A DNA stretch of 64,000 bases from Phoronis australis. Lineage: Eukaryota > Animalia > Phoronida. The DNA is taken from contig NMRA01000321.1 of assembly GCA_002633005.1 (NCBI GenBank), positions 430,724 through 494,723 on the forward strand. The letters are read 5' to 3'. The position numbers and the translations under genes were made by a program. Below the pieces are notes generated by a model. That model made no database searches, had not been told where the DNA came from, and saw only the letters and a list, made by a program, of their open reading frames with translations. Of this stretch, positions 52,901 to 64,000 are shown one piece after another (position 1 is the stretch's first letter; the number at the start of each line of letters is the position of its first letter).

Positions 52901-55900
52901 TTCCTTAATAGAAACACGTCTTCCTGTTTCACTAATGGACTTGGTAATTACAGAGACAGACGCAAAAAGTAAGGAGCACAGCTGTAGTCGTATCTTTCCA
53001 AAAGCCAATGTAAGGTGCGCGTTGGCTAACAAGAAAGCATCCCCCTAAGTCTCCGGTGATCACTTAGTCGGTAATGAGGCAGTGACAAACATAAGACCGA
53101 CAAAAATGCAACAACCAAAACTCCCTTCGGGTGTGCTGTACCTGTGCAAGTGCGGACTTTATTCACTCATTACGCCACGTGACTTTCGATTTATGCTGGA
53201 ATGATTAGACATACGGCTGATTTGATAGCAGGCGATTTGAAGCTACCAATATACTCAAAGTGTTCCAATTGGCACCCTAGAGGTCGGTATTGTCAGAAAA
53301 ACAACGTAAGCTATGCTCTCGTGACTGGAAACACATCTGACAAAATTCAGTACAATCATTCACCAAAATTGTTAGATATTTAGGCAGGCAAAAATATTAA
53401 AACTGCCACGAGGAGGAAGAGCGGTAATAAGGTACTTTGGAAACATCGGGACAGTCTTGCTTTCCTCAACTGGAGTTTTTTCTGTCGACTGTCCTTCAAA
53501 CCGCTTACCAGATACAGAGGTAGGCGTCAAATAAGGACACCAAAACACTAAAACTGCAACTAATGGATACACAGAGCAAGAGGGCAGTTTGAACATTTTA
53601 GTGAGATACTTTCCTTCTTATGCAAACATATTAATGCAAGTGATGTCCCACATCACTGTGGAATGCTGCAGATACTCGAATAACGCAACAAGTTCCCAAT
53701 ATTCCTTCCCAAAACGAAAAGAACATGAGCATGCACTAAATATCGTGGTGCCTCTCCTAACTGAAGAGAACTGACGAAGCTTTATTCGTCACAAGTCAGT
53801 ATTCCATTTCGTTCTACAACACCTGCCTCAAAGAACACATGCTGCAAACATACAAAGAGATATCATATCTGTCAAGTTTCCCAAAATTTATTCGCCGAGA
53901 GATTTGCTAATTACAAAAGTAAAGTAAAAACAAAATCAAACAAACTAAACTTGCCATCACCAGTGCTCTCAATCTTTCAAACTTCGGGGTCACAGCCTCT
54001 CATTAAGGAACATATCTACCGAGTTTCATGATGAACATGCACCTCGACACTGGCGACCGGGCAAAGAATACGGCTTTATACTCCTCATATATCAGGTATG
54101 TAGAGGAGTATGTGTGCACATAAAAACAGTCGTACCAATAGAATATGGGTTTGGCGTTTAAGAGCATGTTAAACTTTGTTGTATAACCTATAAAAATGCA
54201 ATGACAACAACCAAGTGTCTTAAAACAACACTTAAAACCGGGTTTTGGCCTACAAACAAGTACAAACTATAATTTGTTCATGTCAAATCTCCCAAATGAA
54301 ATGAAGCTCAACAGTTTGGGGCAAGTCGAACATTCCGTATAAAATCTGTTAAATTGACAGACTGGCACTATAAGACAGATAAAGAACAACTTTGGGGAAA
54401 TTGGGATGCAGAAGTGTCTTATCTGAATCATGTTTGTGTCACTCAGGTGAGATGTACGTTCCGGGGTGCATCACCATGTAGACAGAACCATGCACTAAAA
54501 CAAAGTAACGTTCTCATGCCCACCCTTTATACCTTAGCATGCCAACTATTGATCGCCAAGCGGGACTAACTCTACGCGAGTTTATCAAGTGCTGAAGAGA
54601 ACACCAACCTCGTGAAACCAAACAAAAATTTTGTGACGAACCGATGAAGACATTAGCCCTAAAAAGTACTGCTCAATAACTGGTGGCAGAAACAGTTTTG
54701 GGTAAATTCTAAAATAAAAGGTAGTGTCCTTTTAGATAAATTAACTTTGCTGAAAGTCATTTTCACGAAAGACGTAGCTCTAGTCGACTGGCTTAGGTAA
54801 TGAATGCTGTTAGGTTTCACATGATCCTAAGCAAAATGTGTATCCCACCCAACAAGGAAAGTTGGAGTAGAAGAAATCAAGACCTCAAAAATGATCAGAA
54901 CGTTGAAGAAAGTGAAGATAATGCCTTATGGAAAAACACGCAGGTAAATTTCAAACATATGGTGTCCAGTGAATGTAAAGTTACTGCGAAAGTCAAAGAG
55001 ATCATTGTCTGACCCCCCTAACCTTGTTCAAACAGTCATTAATATGAATTCCTACCTACCAATACAATCTTGCATCACCTTCAGTCTAGATATGTAAGCT
55101 TCTTCACGACGCCCAATCTACAATCAGACACACGTGACACTCTACATGTATTTGACAAGTAAGGTGTTCAAAACGATAACAGACACAAACTTTTGCCCAG
55201 ACAATTTTTGAGAGTCAACACTTACCAGGAAATAGCTTGGATTCGTCAGTAGAAGAATGTAGTTATGGTAATATAATTTGATGAACGAGCCAGAATTGAC
55301 CCGAAAGTCATCGGTTAGCTCTCCCGACATGAATAGATTTCCATTATCAGGTGTATTAAAAGTCTAGTCATCGGTTAGCTCTCCCGACATGAATAGATTT
55401 CCATTATCAGGTGTATTAAAAGTCTAGTCATCGGTTAGCTCTCCCGACATGAATAGATTTCCATTATCAAGTGTATTAAAAGTCTAGTCATCGGTTAGCT
55501 CTCCCGACATGAATAGATTTCCATTATCAAGTGTATTAAAAGTCTAGTCATCGGTTAGCTCTCCCGACATGAATAGATTTCCATTATCAAGTGTATTAAA
55601 AGTCTACACATCTTAGGAAAGTCATGATATTACACACCATTTCAGAGTGTTGACTGTTGATTCTGAAATCACCAGCCACGCCCTGTCAGCTCGACGTACT
55701 TCCGATCTGACTACAACAAACACTACAAAAGCCACATAACAAGCACTGCGAATGCGACTACACTCCTTTCTACTATTCCTGCTTCTGTTGCTGCTACTAC
55801 CACTAACATTACTGTTAGTAAACTCTACTAACGTATATGGATGTGCAGTTTGGCCAAGCATATCCTAAGCAACTGCCTATTTGTAAATAATGAATACTAT

Positions 55901-58900
55901 ACGGTAGGGCAGCTTACCTCTTCGTTGAAGTTCAAGTCTGCTAAAGTATTCTCCTCCACTGTTTTTCCTGAGGAAGAAAATGAAGCTTTAAATAATCGAA
56001 TGATACAATCCTAGAACTAGTCTCTATATTGCTGGAGTGCTCAACACCGATAGAAAGGCTCATTTAAGAAAGTCGCATTTTAACAGCACCTCGGTAGGTC
56101 TCGTCTATTTATACATTTGGCAGCATTACTTAGGACGTGCAGATATACAGCTAATGTAGAAATGTACGAGACTAATTATCTCAAATAGGTAACGGAGAAG
56201 GAATGAAAGTTCGTCACTTACTTGACTTCACTGTTTCCTCTAATTTTTTCACTTTTTCTTCAAGAATATTCACCTGGCTGTCCTTTGCCATTGTGACCCC
56301 GTCACTCTTGTTGACCTACGCAAGGATAACGAGCAAAATGGATTCACCAAACTTTTTCCAAGATGTGTGGACAGGATTTCTCAGATCAACAAAACAAATG
56401 TCTGCTTTGACCTATAATGCAAACTTTGACCCATTATGTTCATTCGTGTCCACCATGTCCGTTTTGAACCCTCGTGTCCACTTTGACCGATCATACCCGT
56501 TATGCCCATGTTTTTGTTAGAGACAGGTTTAATGCTGTAAAATCCATTTTCTCTCGTTTAATCGATTTTGAACCACGCCTATGATAGACTAGTGCACTTA
56601 CACCATTCTTCGCGGCAACTGTGTGAAATTAAAGTGTTTGAATACCTCGGTGTTATGTTGGTAGTTATGCAGTGTATCCTCGACATCCTCAGTATCGTCA
56701 GGCTCGTCATTTTCCTCGACCAGCCTTCCCTTGAGGTCGTCCAATTCTGATGACATTGAGGCCAGCTTCTCCTTTAGATCTTCGTTCTCCTAGAGTTAAC
56801 AGTACACGTACAAAAAAGACAAGGTAGCCCTTCAGGCCACTGGGTTCATTCCTCCAAATCGAACCTTATTTTTGACATTTCCATTCTACTTCCGAGTGAA
56901 ATTAACGTGACAAATTTTTATTATTCTGTGTTCGAGTTCATCATAGTTTACGCACATGACTGTATAATCTTAATCTAATTTGCATTTTGTGATTCCAACG
57001 TTAAGCCAAGCCAGGGCAGACGGGTAACTACATGTAAATGTACAAACTGAGCTGTCTAACTCAAGTGAGCCGTAGCTGTATGGGACAGCAGCTAGTTCAC
57101 TCGCGGTCAGCCGTGCTACAAGTGTGAGACAAATCAGCTCCTTTAGCAAGTCGTACGGTCTGCGCTGGCCTGCAGTATGTCTGATTTCGAAATCTCAGTG
57201 ATCGTCAATGGTGACTCTGAACTAGACGCTGATCTTCGTAGACTATAAAATACTCGAGTACAGAATAATAGACACATATCTTAAGTTCGCGTTAACGGAA
57301 AATGTCAAAACCAATTTGGAGTTCGATTCCACATCCTAAGAGAAGACCCCAGGCACAGACGTAGCTCTTGAAAAAATGTAGCTAACCGAATTCAAATGAA
57401 ACGCTGCTACATGTACATAGGCGGATTTAGGGAGGTGGGGGGTCAGCCCCCCCCCCCCTCTTGGCTGTCGCAAGCAAAGTGAAACAACAGCAACGGCGGG
57501 GACCGTGAGGAAATAATGAGTTAGGTAACAAAGACCGGTAGCGGATGAGGGGGGGGGGACTCAGACCCCAGATCATAGTAGCTGGAGTCCGTTCCCCGTT
57601 CCTTTTATTTTTATTTTAGTCCAACGACAGACTATGGGAATAGAAGGTCCACAAGCACGGCCCCGCAACTTACTGGCCGCCTGTGTACATGCACTCGAGA
57701 TTTGCCCAATTTCCCGAGGCAACATGTTGGGCCTCCTTATGGTATCCTAGATCCGCCACTGTGGTAATACAGAATGTCCCAAAATGTTATCCATATTTTG
57801 CTTCAGATAATTAAGGGAACTCAACCAAACTAAACCGCAACTACTATGGGTGGATGAAATCTTAGCGAAATTACAAAAATAATGTCGAGTCGTCGTGTTA
57901 TCGATTGGTTGTCTGTCTAAAATTTGTTTGGCGTGTCCACTGTTTTGTTCATGTAAGCACTCTTGAGAGTGGCGTGCCATAGGCGGTTTTAGCCGGAGGA
58001 CAGGGGGTCCGCACCCCCTAGGCTGAAAAATAAACAGCGTGAAGAGGGGGGAGGGGGCAGAGCGCAGCGGAATCGTGTACCCGTTTTTTTTTTAGTCCTC
58101 CGGTAGAATTTGGCAACACCAGGTCCTCATCGCCAGCCCTCGCAACTTTCGGGCCGCCTGTGCATACAATCGTGCTTTGCCCAAGTCACCGAGGCAACAT
58201 CTTGGGCCCCCCTTATGGTATCCTAGATCCGCCACTGCGTGCACTACTGTGGACCAATAGGAGCACCCCGCATTACACGCGATGGAATTCTCCTTCATCC
58301 CCGGGATAAGAAAGCGCACTTACGCGTCTCTCATTTATGTCGGGAAGGCTACGAATTTTAGATCACGCATCCAATGGTATTTTTCCAGTCGGAGTTGCAG
58401 TCAACAGTAACTTTGTTGGCATTGGAAAGACGAAGAGAGTAATGCAACCAAGGAAAGGTTTTAAAGAATCACGCAACAACAAATAACATGTTACACGTAA
58501 ACGAGGCATCAGATGTACACATGTACCTGATGGATGTTTACGGCATTTTCGGTAAATTAAGCGAGCCTCGAGGTCGCTGTGTAATCCGGGACGTAACTAT
58601 GGGTGAGAAGAATGTTTCTGAATCGATTAAATGTCACCAAGCCATACAGACAGTAACTTTTTTAAAATACATGCTTCAGATGTGATAACGTACATTGTAG
58701 GTTAGTAACATTTTTGGTCATCCAGTTTTTTGTTTCTGAAATGATTAAATTCTGCCTAAAATGATCAGAGTACTACTTGTGCCGCGGTGCGATGAAATGC
58801 ATGCGCTGCAGTGGCGACTGCTTGGGTGAGGAGAGACTTGTGACTGGTCTAGAGTTTAAAATTTGAGGGAGCTCGCAATGTGTGAATTCATAACACGGCC

Positions 58901-60190
58901 CAGGGGCATTTTTCAACGTTTCAACGTGATTCCGGACGTTTATTTTTTGACGTTGGAAAATAACACCGGTAGTTTCAACGGTTTCACTATGAAATGTGAG
59001 GTTTTTGAAAAAATACATTCATGGGTTATATTCAAACACACGTGATTGACAAGCTTTAAGCTTCTCAAACACTGCGCTGGTCAGTATGGTAACGATTCAA
59101 CCTCGCGTGAAACAGCTTACAAATTTTGGATTTTTGGAGGAGGAAGCTTTGCAGGGGAATTTCACTGAGGCGTGAATTGCACGGTGTTGTTTCAGCGGTT
59201 CAGTCTCGCTAACATTTTGCCGATATTTAATGGGTAAACGCGTCAAAGAATTATGACAGCGCGAACCAGAGCCACTGCTAAGACAATTGTCGCATGGTAT
59301 AGATGAAATACGGTATCTTGTCAACGCACTGAGGCCACAGATAATAACGCTGCACACCCACTGACGCCGCCGATGTGCAACGGTAATGCAATTGAAGGTG
59401 AAACCAGTGATGCCTGCCGACGACAAAGACAACAGCAAGGACTCGGTAACGACGGTGTTGCCAACAAGGGAGAAACCGGCGACTTGGCGATGACTTACTT
59501 TAGTAGTTTGTTTTACACAAAATAAAACAGCACTCCCCCTCACTATCGACACATTTTCAAACATCTGACAAGTTTTCAAAGGCAGCAGACTCCTTTTGCA
59601 TAAAAAACATGTATGCTGTGCCTAATCATGAACACCTCCAGTGTTTTGTAGCCTCGAATTTCCCTCGAAGGTTAATGTGTCTGCGTATGTGCAAATTTCA
59701 GTCAAACGCCTATCTCTACTTTGGAAATTATATGTCTATGAATAAATTCCGCACATGCGCCGATAACACTCAAATTGCCTTTGCGAAAATACCCGGGATT
59801 CCCCGGATGGTTGTGCACAAGTGGAAGAATTAAACTCAGTAACGAGCGCCCTCTGTCAATTAAACTTTTAGTGAATACCTGCTTTAATTCTTTTTCCTTT
59901 TCTAAATGTTTTCTTTCTGCATCTTGCAACCTTTCTTTCAAGCGCCTGATTTCCTCGCCTTTCTCATCCGCCAACATTCCTTGTCCTTCTCCATGATCCA
60001 TTGTAAGCACAGCAGCAACTTTTGACAATACTTGAGCAGCGATTTTCTCTAAATCGTGTTGGTTCAAATGTGGATAACTGATCGGATCTTCGTTCTGGGA
60101 TGAGGACTCACTGACAGGTGATTTTGTGGCCCGGTAATAATTCGGCTGTATACTAATTGGCGCCATGCGCGGTTCAGTGTAGTTCTCCAT
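49964..60190 (-). CDS. Unidentified multi-exon coiled-coil protein gene (partial model)
   Basis: Phase-consistent exons 60190-59879, 56789-56646, 56315-56222, 55967-55918 (EEIRRLKERLQDAERKHLEKEKELKQ|ENEDLKEKLASMSSELDDLKGRL...); then 52511-52288 and candidate terminal exon 50077-49964. At least one phase 0-to-1 exon between 55918 and 52511 was not located. Candidate 5'UTR donor near 62236. Confidence 0.6.
50100..51693. mobile_element. ISL2EU-like (PIF group) non-autonomous transposon with THAP relic
   Basis: TIR TATAGACCCAATTCACGC / GCGTGAATAGGGTCTATA; minus-strand THAP piece FTIPKDVGIRKRWVFAIRRGERKY (~51545-51620); plus-strand DVENTVKEQFNAPKSCLTKGYKFF (~50250-50320) resembling the N-terminus of the SWIM/YqaJ partner ORF. 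Confidence 0.6.
51104..51409 (-). mobile_element. MITE family A subfamily copy nested in the ISL2EU-like element
   Basis: CAGTGGCTGATCTAGG...TAAATCCGCCTTTG, TSD ATTTT. Confidence 0.8.
55306..55605. repeat. 60-bp minisatellite x5
   Basis: AGTCATCGGTTAGCTCTCCCGACATGAATAGATTTCCATTATCARGTGTATTAAAAGTCT; one G/A variant separates units 1-2 from units 3-5. Confidence 0.98.
57416..57761 (+). mobile_element. MITE family A subfamily copy
   Basis: CATAGGCGGATTTAGG...CCTAGATCCGCCACTG; TSD degenerate (ATGTA/TGGTA). Confidence 0.75.
57978..58237 (+). mobile_element. MITE family A subfamily copy
   Basis: CATAGGCGG...CCTAGATCCGCCACTG; TSD CGTGC. Confidence 0.8.
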
Positions 60191-60337
60191 ATTCGCGAAT
60201 GACCAAAGTATGCATTTCCCGAACGCCAACGGTGCTTATGGTTCGTCGGACACAATCTATAATGCATAGTGATCATTACATCAATAATAAGGCGATCAAC
60301 AATGTCAAGGTGGAGCAGATTTTCCAGGCACGGTGTA

Positions 60338-61115
60338 ACACGGAGAATCTGCTCCACCAATTTAAATTTTGAGAGTGACGTAGGTAAGATTTTCCAGTTA
60401 TTGCGTGCCAATGGTTACCCTTTGAATTTTCTGAATAACTGTAAAAAGCACTTTCTTTCAAAAATGAATGAGGCAGATAAGGTAGTTGTTATTGGAACCG
60501 AGAAAAAGAAAGTTTTCTTTTCTCTTGGTTACACCGGGCCAAGTAGTATAAAATTGGAACGTCAATTATCTCGCCTTATTCATTGCATTGGCCCAGCAGT
60601 TGAACTGATAGTTGTTTTCAAACCCCTCCGGAAACTTTCTAATGTGCTGTGTAAACTGAAGTCACCCATCCCTTTATTGAACAAGAGCAATGTCGTGTAT
60701 AAGGTAACTGTAAGGAATTCTGTATAGGACTCACACAGAGACGCCTCTGTGGCAGGTTGAACGAACATCACACCTCAGAGAAAAGTAGCATATATAGGCA
60801 ATGTATTAGCTACAATCACCAAGCTAACTCTGTTAGTATTATCTGCAGAGAACCTAATAAGGAGTTACTCTACATTAAAGAGCCATTGGACATTCAGAAC
60901 CAGCATGCCACTGACCCTCTGAATAACATGCAGATCTCAGTGACCCTGCAACTATGGTGATGACCAGCTACTGACTATATTCTATGTATCTCCCACTTCA
61001 CTTTATGGATGTTACGTGAGCTGTATGTTGGCACTTTTTGTCCTAAATTTTTGTAAGTATGATCCTGATGATATCTAATGAAAAGACGAAACGTTGAATT
61101 GAACATAAACTTTTT
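60338..61115 (+). mobile_element. 5'-truncated Penelope-like retroelement (RT thumb + degenerate GIY-YIG + 3' end)
   Basis: RRICST..FESDVGKIFQLLRANGYP..FSLGYTG..KSPIPLLNKSNVVYKV, then frameshifted IGLTQRRLCGRLNEH..SSIY..LYIKE..I..LN. Confidence 0.88.
61055..61105 (+). ncRNA. Hammerhead-ribozyme-like core at the Penelope 3' end (probably degenerate)
   Basis: CTGATGA (61065-61071), short stem TCT/AGA, GAAACGTT (61088-61095): the minimal hammerhead layout known from Penelope pLTRs. Confidence 0.5.
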
Positions 61116-61887
61116 ATTTGTGCGGCGATCGTCCGGTTTTTAACCTAAAAATTATGTTGGCAGTACTTCTTTGTGACACCATTATTTAGTCAAGTTCATA
61201 AAATATACCCCAAATGGGCAAAAATTGCTGCTCAAGTCTAAAAAGTGTCCCTTTCCATAAAATTTTGTTAATGCACGGGTACTCCAATTTTTCAGTGGTG
61301 GCTGCCTCCACGGACAAACACTGAGGCAACAAATGGGTGTGCAGGTGGAGGCACAACAGTTGTTGGCTGGTCGTGGAGGATCGCCGTGAAGCAAGTGCCA
61401 ACTCCGGGCGAAACTTGGTGGTAATGGAGTTGAAACTGGTTGTCCACCTGGGAGAGGTTGCACTCACAATTGATATTTCACTCTCCCGCCTCCCACCCCC
61501 AGTGAGCAATCCATCCTACATATACCTATGACCTTGGCCCCTTATTACTACGCCATGGTCGATCTGTCGAGTTCTGGGTAATCTAAACGACACCTTGCAT
61601 TACGTAGCGGTCCATGATTGGGTTCGTGACGGCGGAAAAAATGAAAAATTGGAAATTGTCTATTTTTGATCTAAATTAAAATTGCTGCACGATTGAGCAC
61701 AGGTTCGGTGCAAGACTGTCACATATATTTTAACAGCGATATAAAGCTGGGTCTGACTAGGTCTTCAGTTAAACATGGCAATTACTGGAAAAGGAAAATT
61801 TGCTCTTCAAAGATTCGTAAAATGATGTTGTGCTGGTTGCCGAGTAGGCCTTACGTTATTGCCTATCCAAATGAAGTACTGTCAGTC

Positions 61888-61939
61888 GGGGAATTCCCCC
61901 AAATTGACACGATCACGATGACAAATTACGGGGTTTTCC
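61888..61939. promoter_or_regulatory. Pair of NF-kB sites near the 5' end of the 50-60 kb gene
   Basis: Palindrome GGGGAATTCCCC (61888-61899) and GGGGTTTTCC (61930-61939). Confidence 0.5.
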
Positions 61940-64000
61940 AGCGACTGTAATATACCGGTACTGTATTTATTAAATACGTGATGGCCTTGCACCTGTTAAC
62001 CAGCAAACATGAGGGGGTGTTACAGAATAAAATCCCAACTGGTAAAATCAACGCTATCAAAAGACTTCAAACTAATCGTGACGCCATTACAATAAGTCGC
62101 GTTTGCGTAGTCAGGCACCCACAGTGTCGGCGAGAATCACTTTTCTGGCATTTCTGTTAACCTTGTTCAAAGCTATGGGCACACTGGATGACCTACATGT
62201 ACATCTGTTTTCGTCTCAATAAATGTATGAACTTACCTTTACTCATAGACAGACGTCCAAATCAGTGTGCTATGACTTGTGTTATTATCGTTCCAAGAGT
62301 TGAATGTCTACCGTAAGGTAGCCGAGCCAGCACGCAGGTATCACTTGATTTGCTTCGGGATTTTTTTTACGCCGGCGTTTCTGATTGGCTAGTCGAATTC
62401 TCAACAGGCAGCGCTGTATGCAAACAAACTGAAGTGGCTGATGGACTAAAATACGGTCTGTTGGACAGACAAATCTGTGTTTGAAATTTATTTTCAGGAA
62501 TGTGAATCCTAGAAATTGTGGATGCGCCTTTTCGGAGTGCATCTTTCTACTGTCCGACTTTTGTTTACGATACTGTCCTGTATTCATACATGTACAGTAT
62601 GAATAACACACCGGTTAAATCGGCCAGATATGCGTTTATTGTACATGTATGTGCTTCAAGCACGCGGCTATTAAACATTACTGCAGAAACGAAATAGTTG
62701 CTGCGACGCCACTTACATGACAAGGCTATTTAATTTAGCATGTTCAAATAACCATAGCTGTTATATAGTTGACTAGATAAGATATTAGGAAAATAATTTC
62801 AACGATTCAAAAGATTTCTATCCTATAAAGACAAATATTTTTCAATATGAATCCTCCACACTAATTGCTGTGGATAGATTAGTGTGGCATTCAACTCGAA
62901 TTATACATCTTTATATAATATACTTAATTGGACCATTGGTTCCGTTTGATACAATTGTTAAATAAAAATTCGGAATGCAGTGACGGCGAAAAATGCTATA
63001 AACTACTCCAAGTATCTATTCGAAACTTACAGACAATTGTTTTCTGATAGATAAAAAATGGGAAATAATCGATCACGTGGCTTTGAAATGTACTGTAGAT
63101 AGCTCATCACATTTCTAGTATTGCAGAACTTTCCCATTCAAGTTAAGAAATAAACACTTTTCTTCAGAAAGTAAAAGGTAGTGATCCTGATACATGTAGA
63201 GTGCATGTTACATTAAACAAATGATATTCTGTCATTGGAATACACTTTACGATTGTTATGTTACTAAAGCAAGTGGACTCTGGAAAAAAAACAAGGCTAA
63301 TATGAAGAGACAGTGCTATTTTGAACCCCTGCTGCCTAGTTGTCACGGTCAACATTCAGGAAAGTGGGACTTCAGAATAAACAGCGGAACATCTGGGTCT
63401 AAGCCAAAACATAAATTGGCTTGATTTGGTAACTACAACTCTCGAATGAAATTCAGTGGATCATGGAGCAGGCAGCTGGAGATTCTCAGTGCAAACTCTC
63501 GCGGCTAGTCTCGGGGTCGGTTAATAATACATAGGCCACGTGCGACAGTTGGAATTTCAGGGTCAATGTTCTATGAAAAAAAACAAAATGAATGGGACTA
63601 TCGCGGATTTATTGCCCAAAAGATTCAAACTCGTTGGCGTTCAAGAAGTAATAAAAAGCAAATAAAATTAGTCATTTGAATAATTGTAGAAGAGACCACA
63701 TCCACACAGGGCCTATATTTGAACGTTACTGGCCCGGCGGCAAATCCACTGGCCCCAGGCTGTCGCTAGTACATACTAAATGACGTCATGCAACACGCAT
63801 CTAAATCAGTGATAATTCAAAAGTCTACTCTGAATACTGTTTGATTCTTACTTATCATAATTTTATGTAAGTTTAGTTCCCATCTCAGCTATTTCTTATA
63901 TCATTAAAGTAAACTTATAACCAAATTCTCACCTTAAGAAGAAGTATGTCCACTACTAACATTTTTTTAGGTTTTTGATATGTTATAGAGCTTTTCAAGG

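Noticed and set aside
55306-55605. 60-bp (20-codon) array as a coding repeat or CRISPR
   Set aside because: Units are identical head-to-tail with no spacers, and no ORF in the track spans the array.

Overview
AT-rich, intron-containing animal genomic DNA, probably a marine invertebrate (frequent TACATGTA, MITEs, tRNA-derived SINEs, one 504-nt N gap). No prokaryotic features were seen, and most track ORFs are spurious. By hand-splicing I find four minus-strand coiled-coil genes. (1) A complete 7-coding-exon TNIP2/ABIN-2-like gene (26385-33869, ~555 aa; AHD1/EABR, UBAN and C-terminal CCHC zinc finger). (2) The first coding exon of a diverged tandem paralog running off the left edge (1-291). (3, 4) Two unidentified coiled-coil genes (~12.6-16.2 kb and ~50-60.2 kb). 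Consensus NF-kB sites lie near the 5' end of all four, including an AP-1/kB/CRE/kB cluster at 17632-17696. Mobile DNA includes two defective Kolobok transposons with TTAA TSDs (one carrying a KolX/P2X7-ballast-like gene, one built from two copies of the same end), an ISL2EU-like remnant, a Penelope fragment with a hammerhead-like core, an L2/Crack LINE 3' end, a HIRAN-like relic, several MITE families and three minisatellites. All assignments come from motif recognition by eye; no database search was run.
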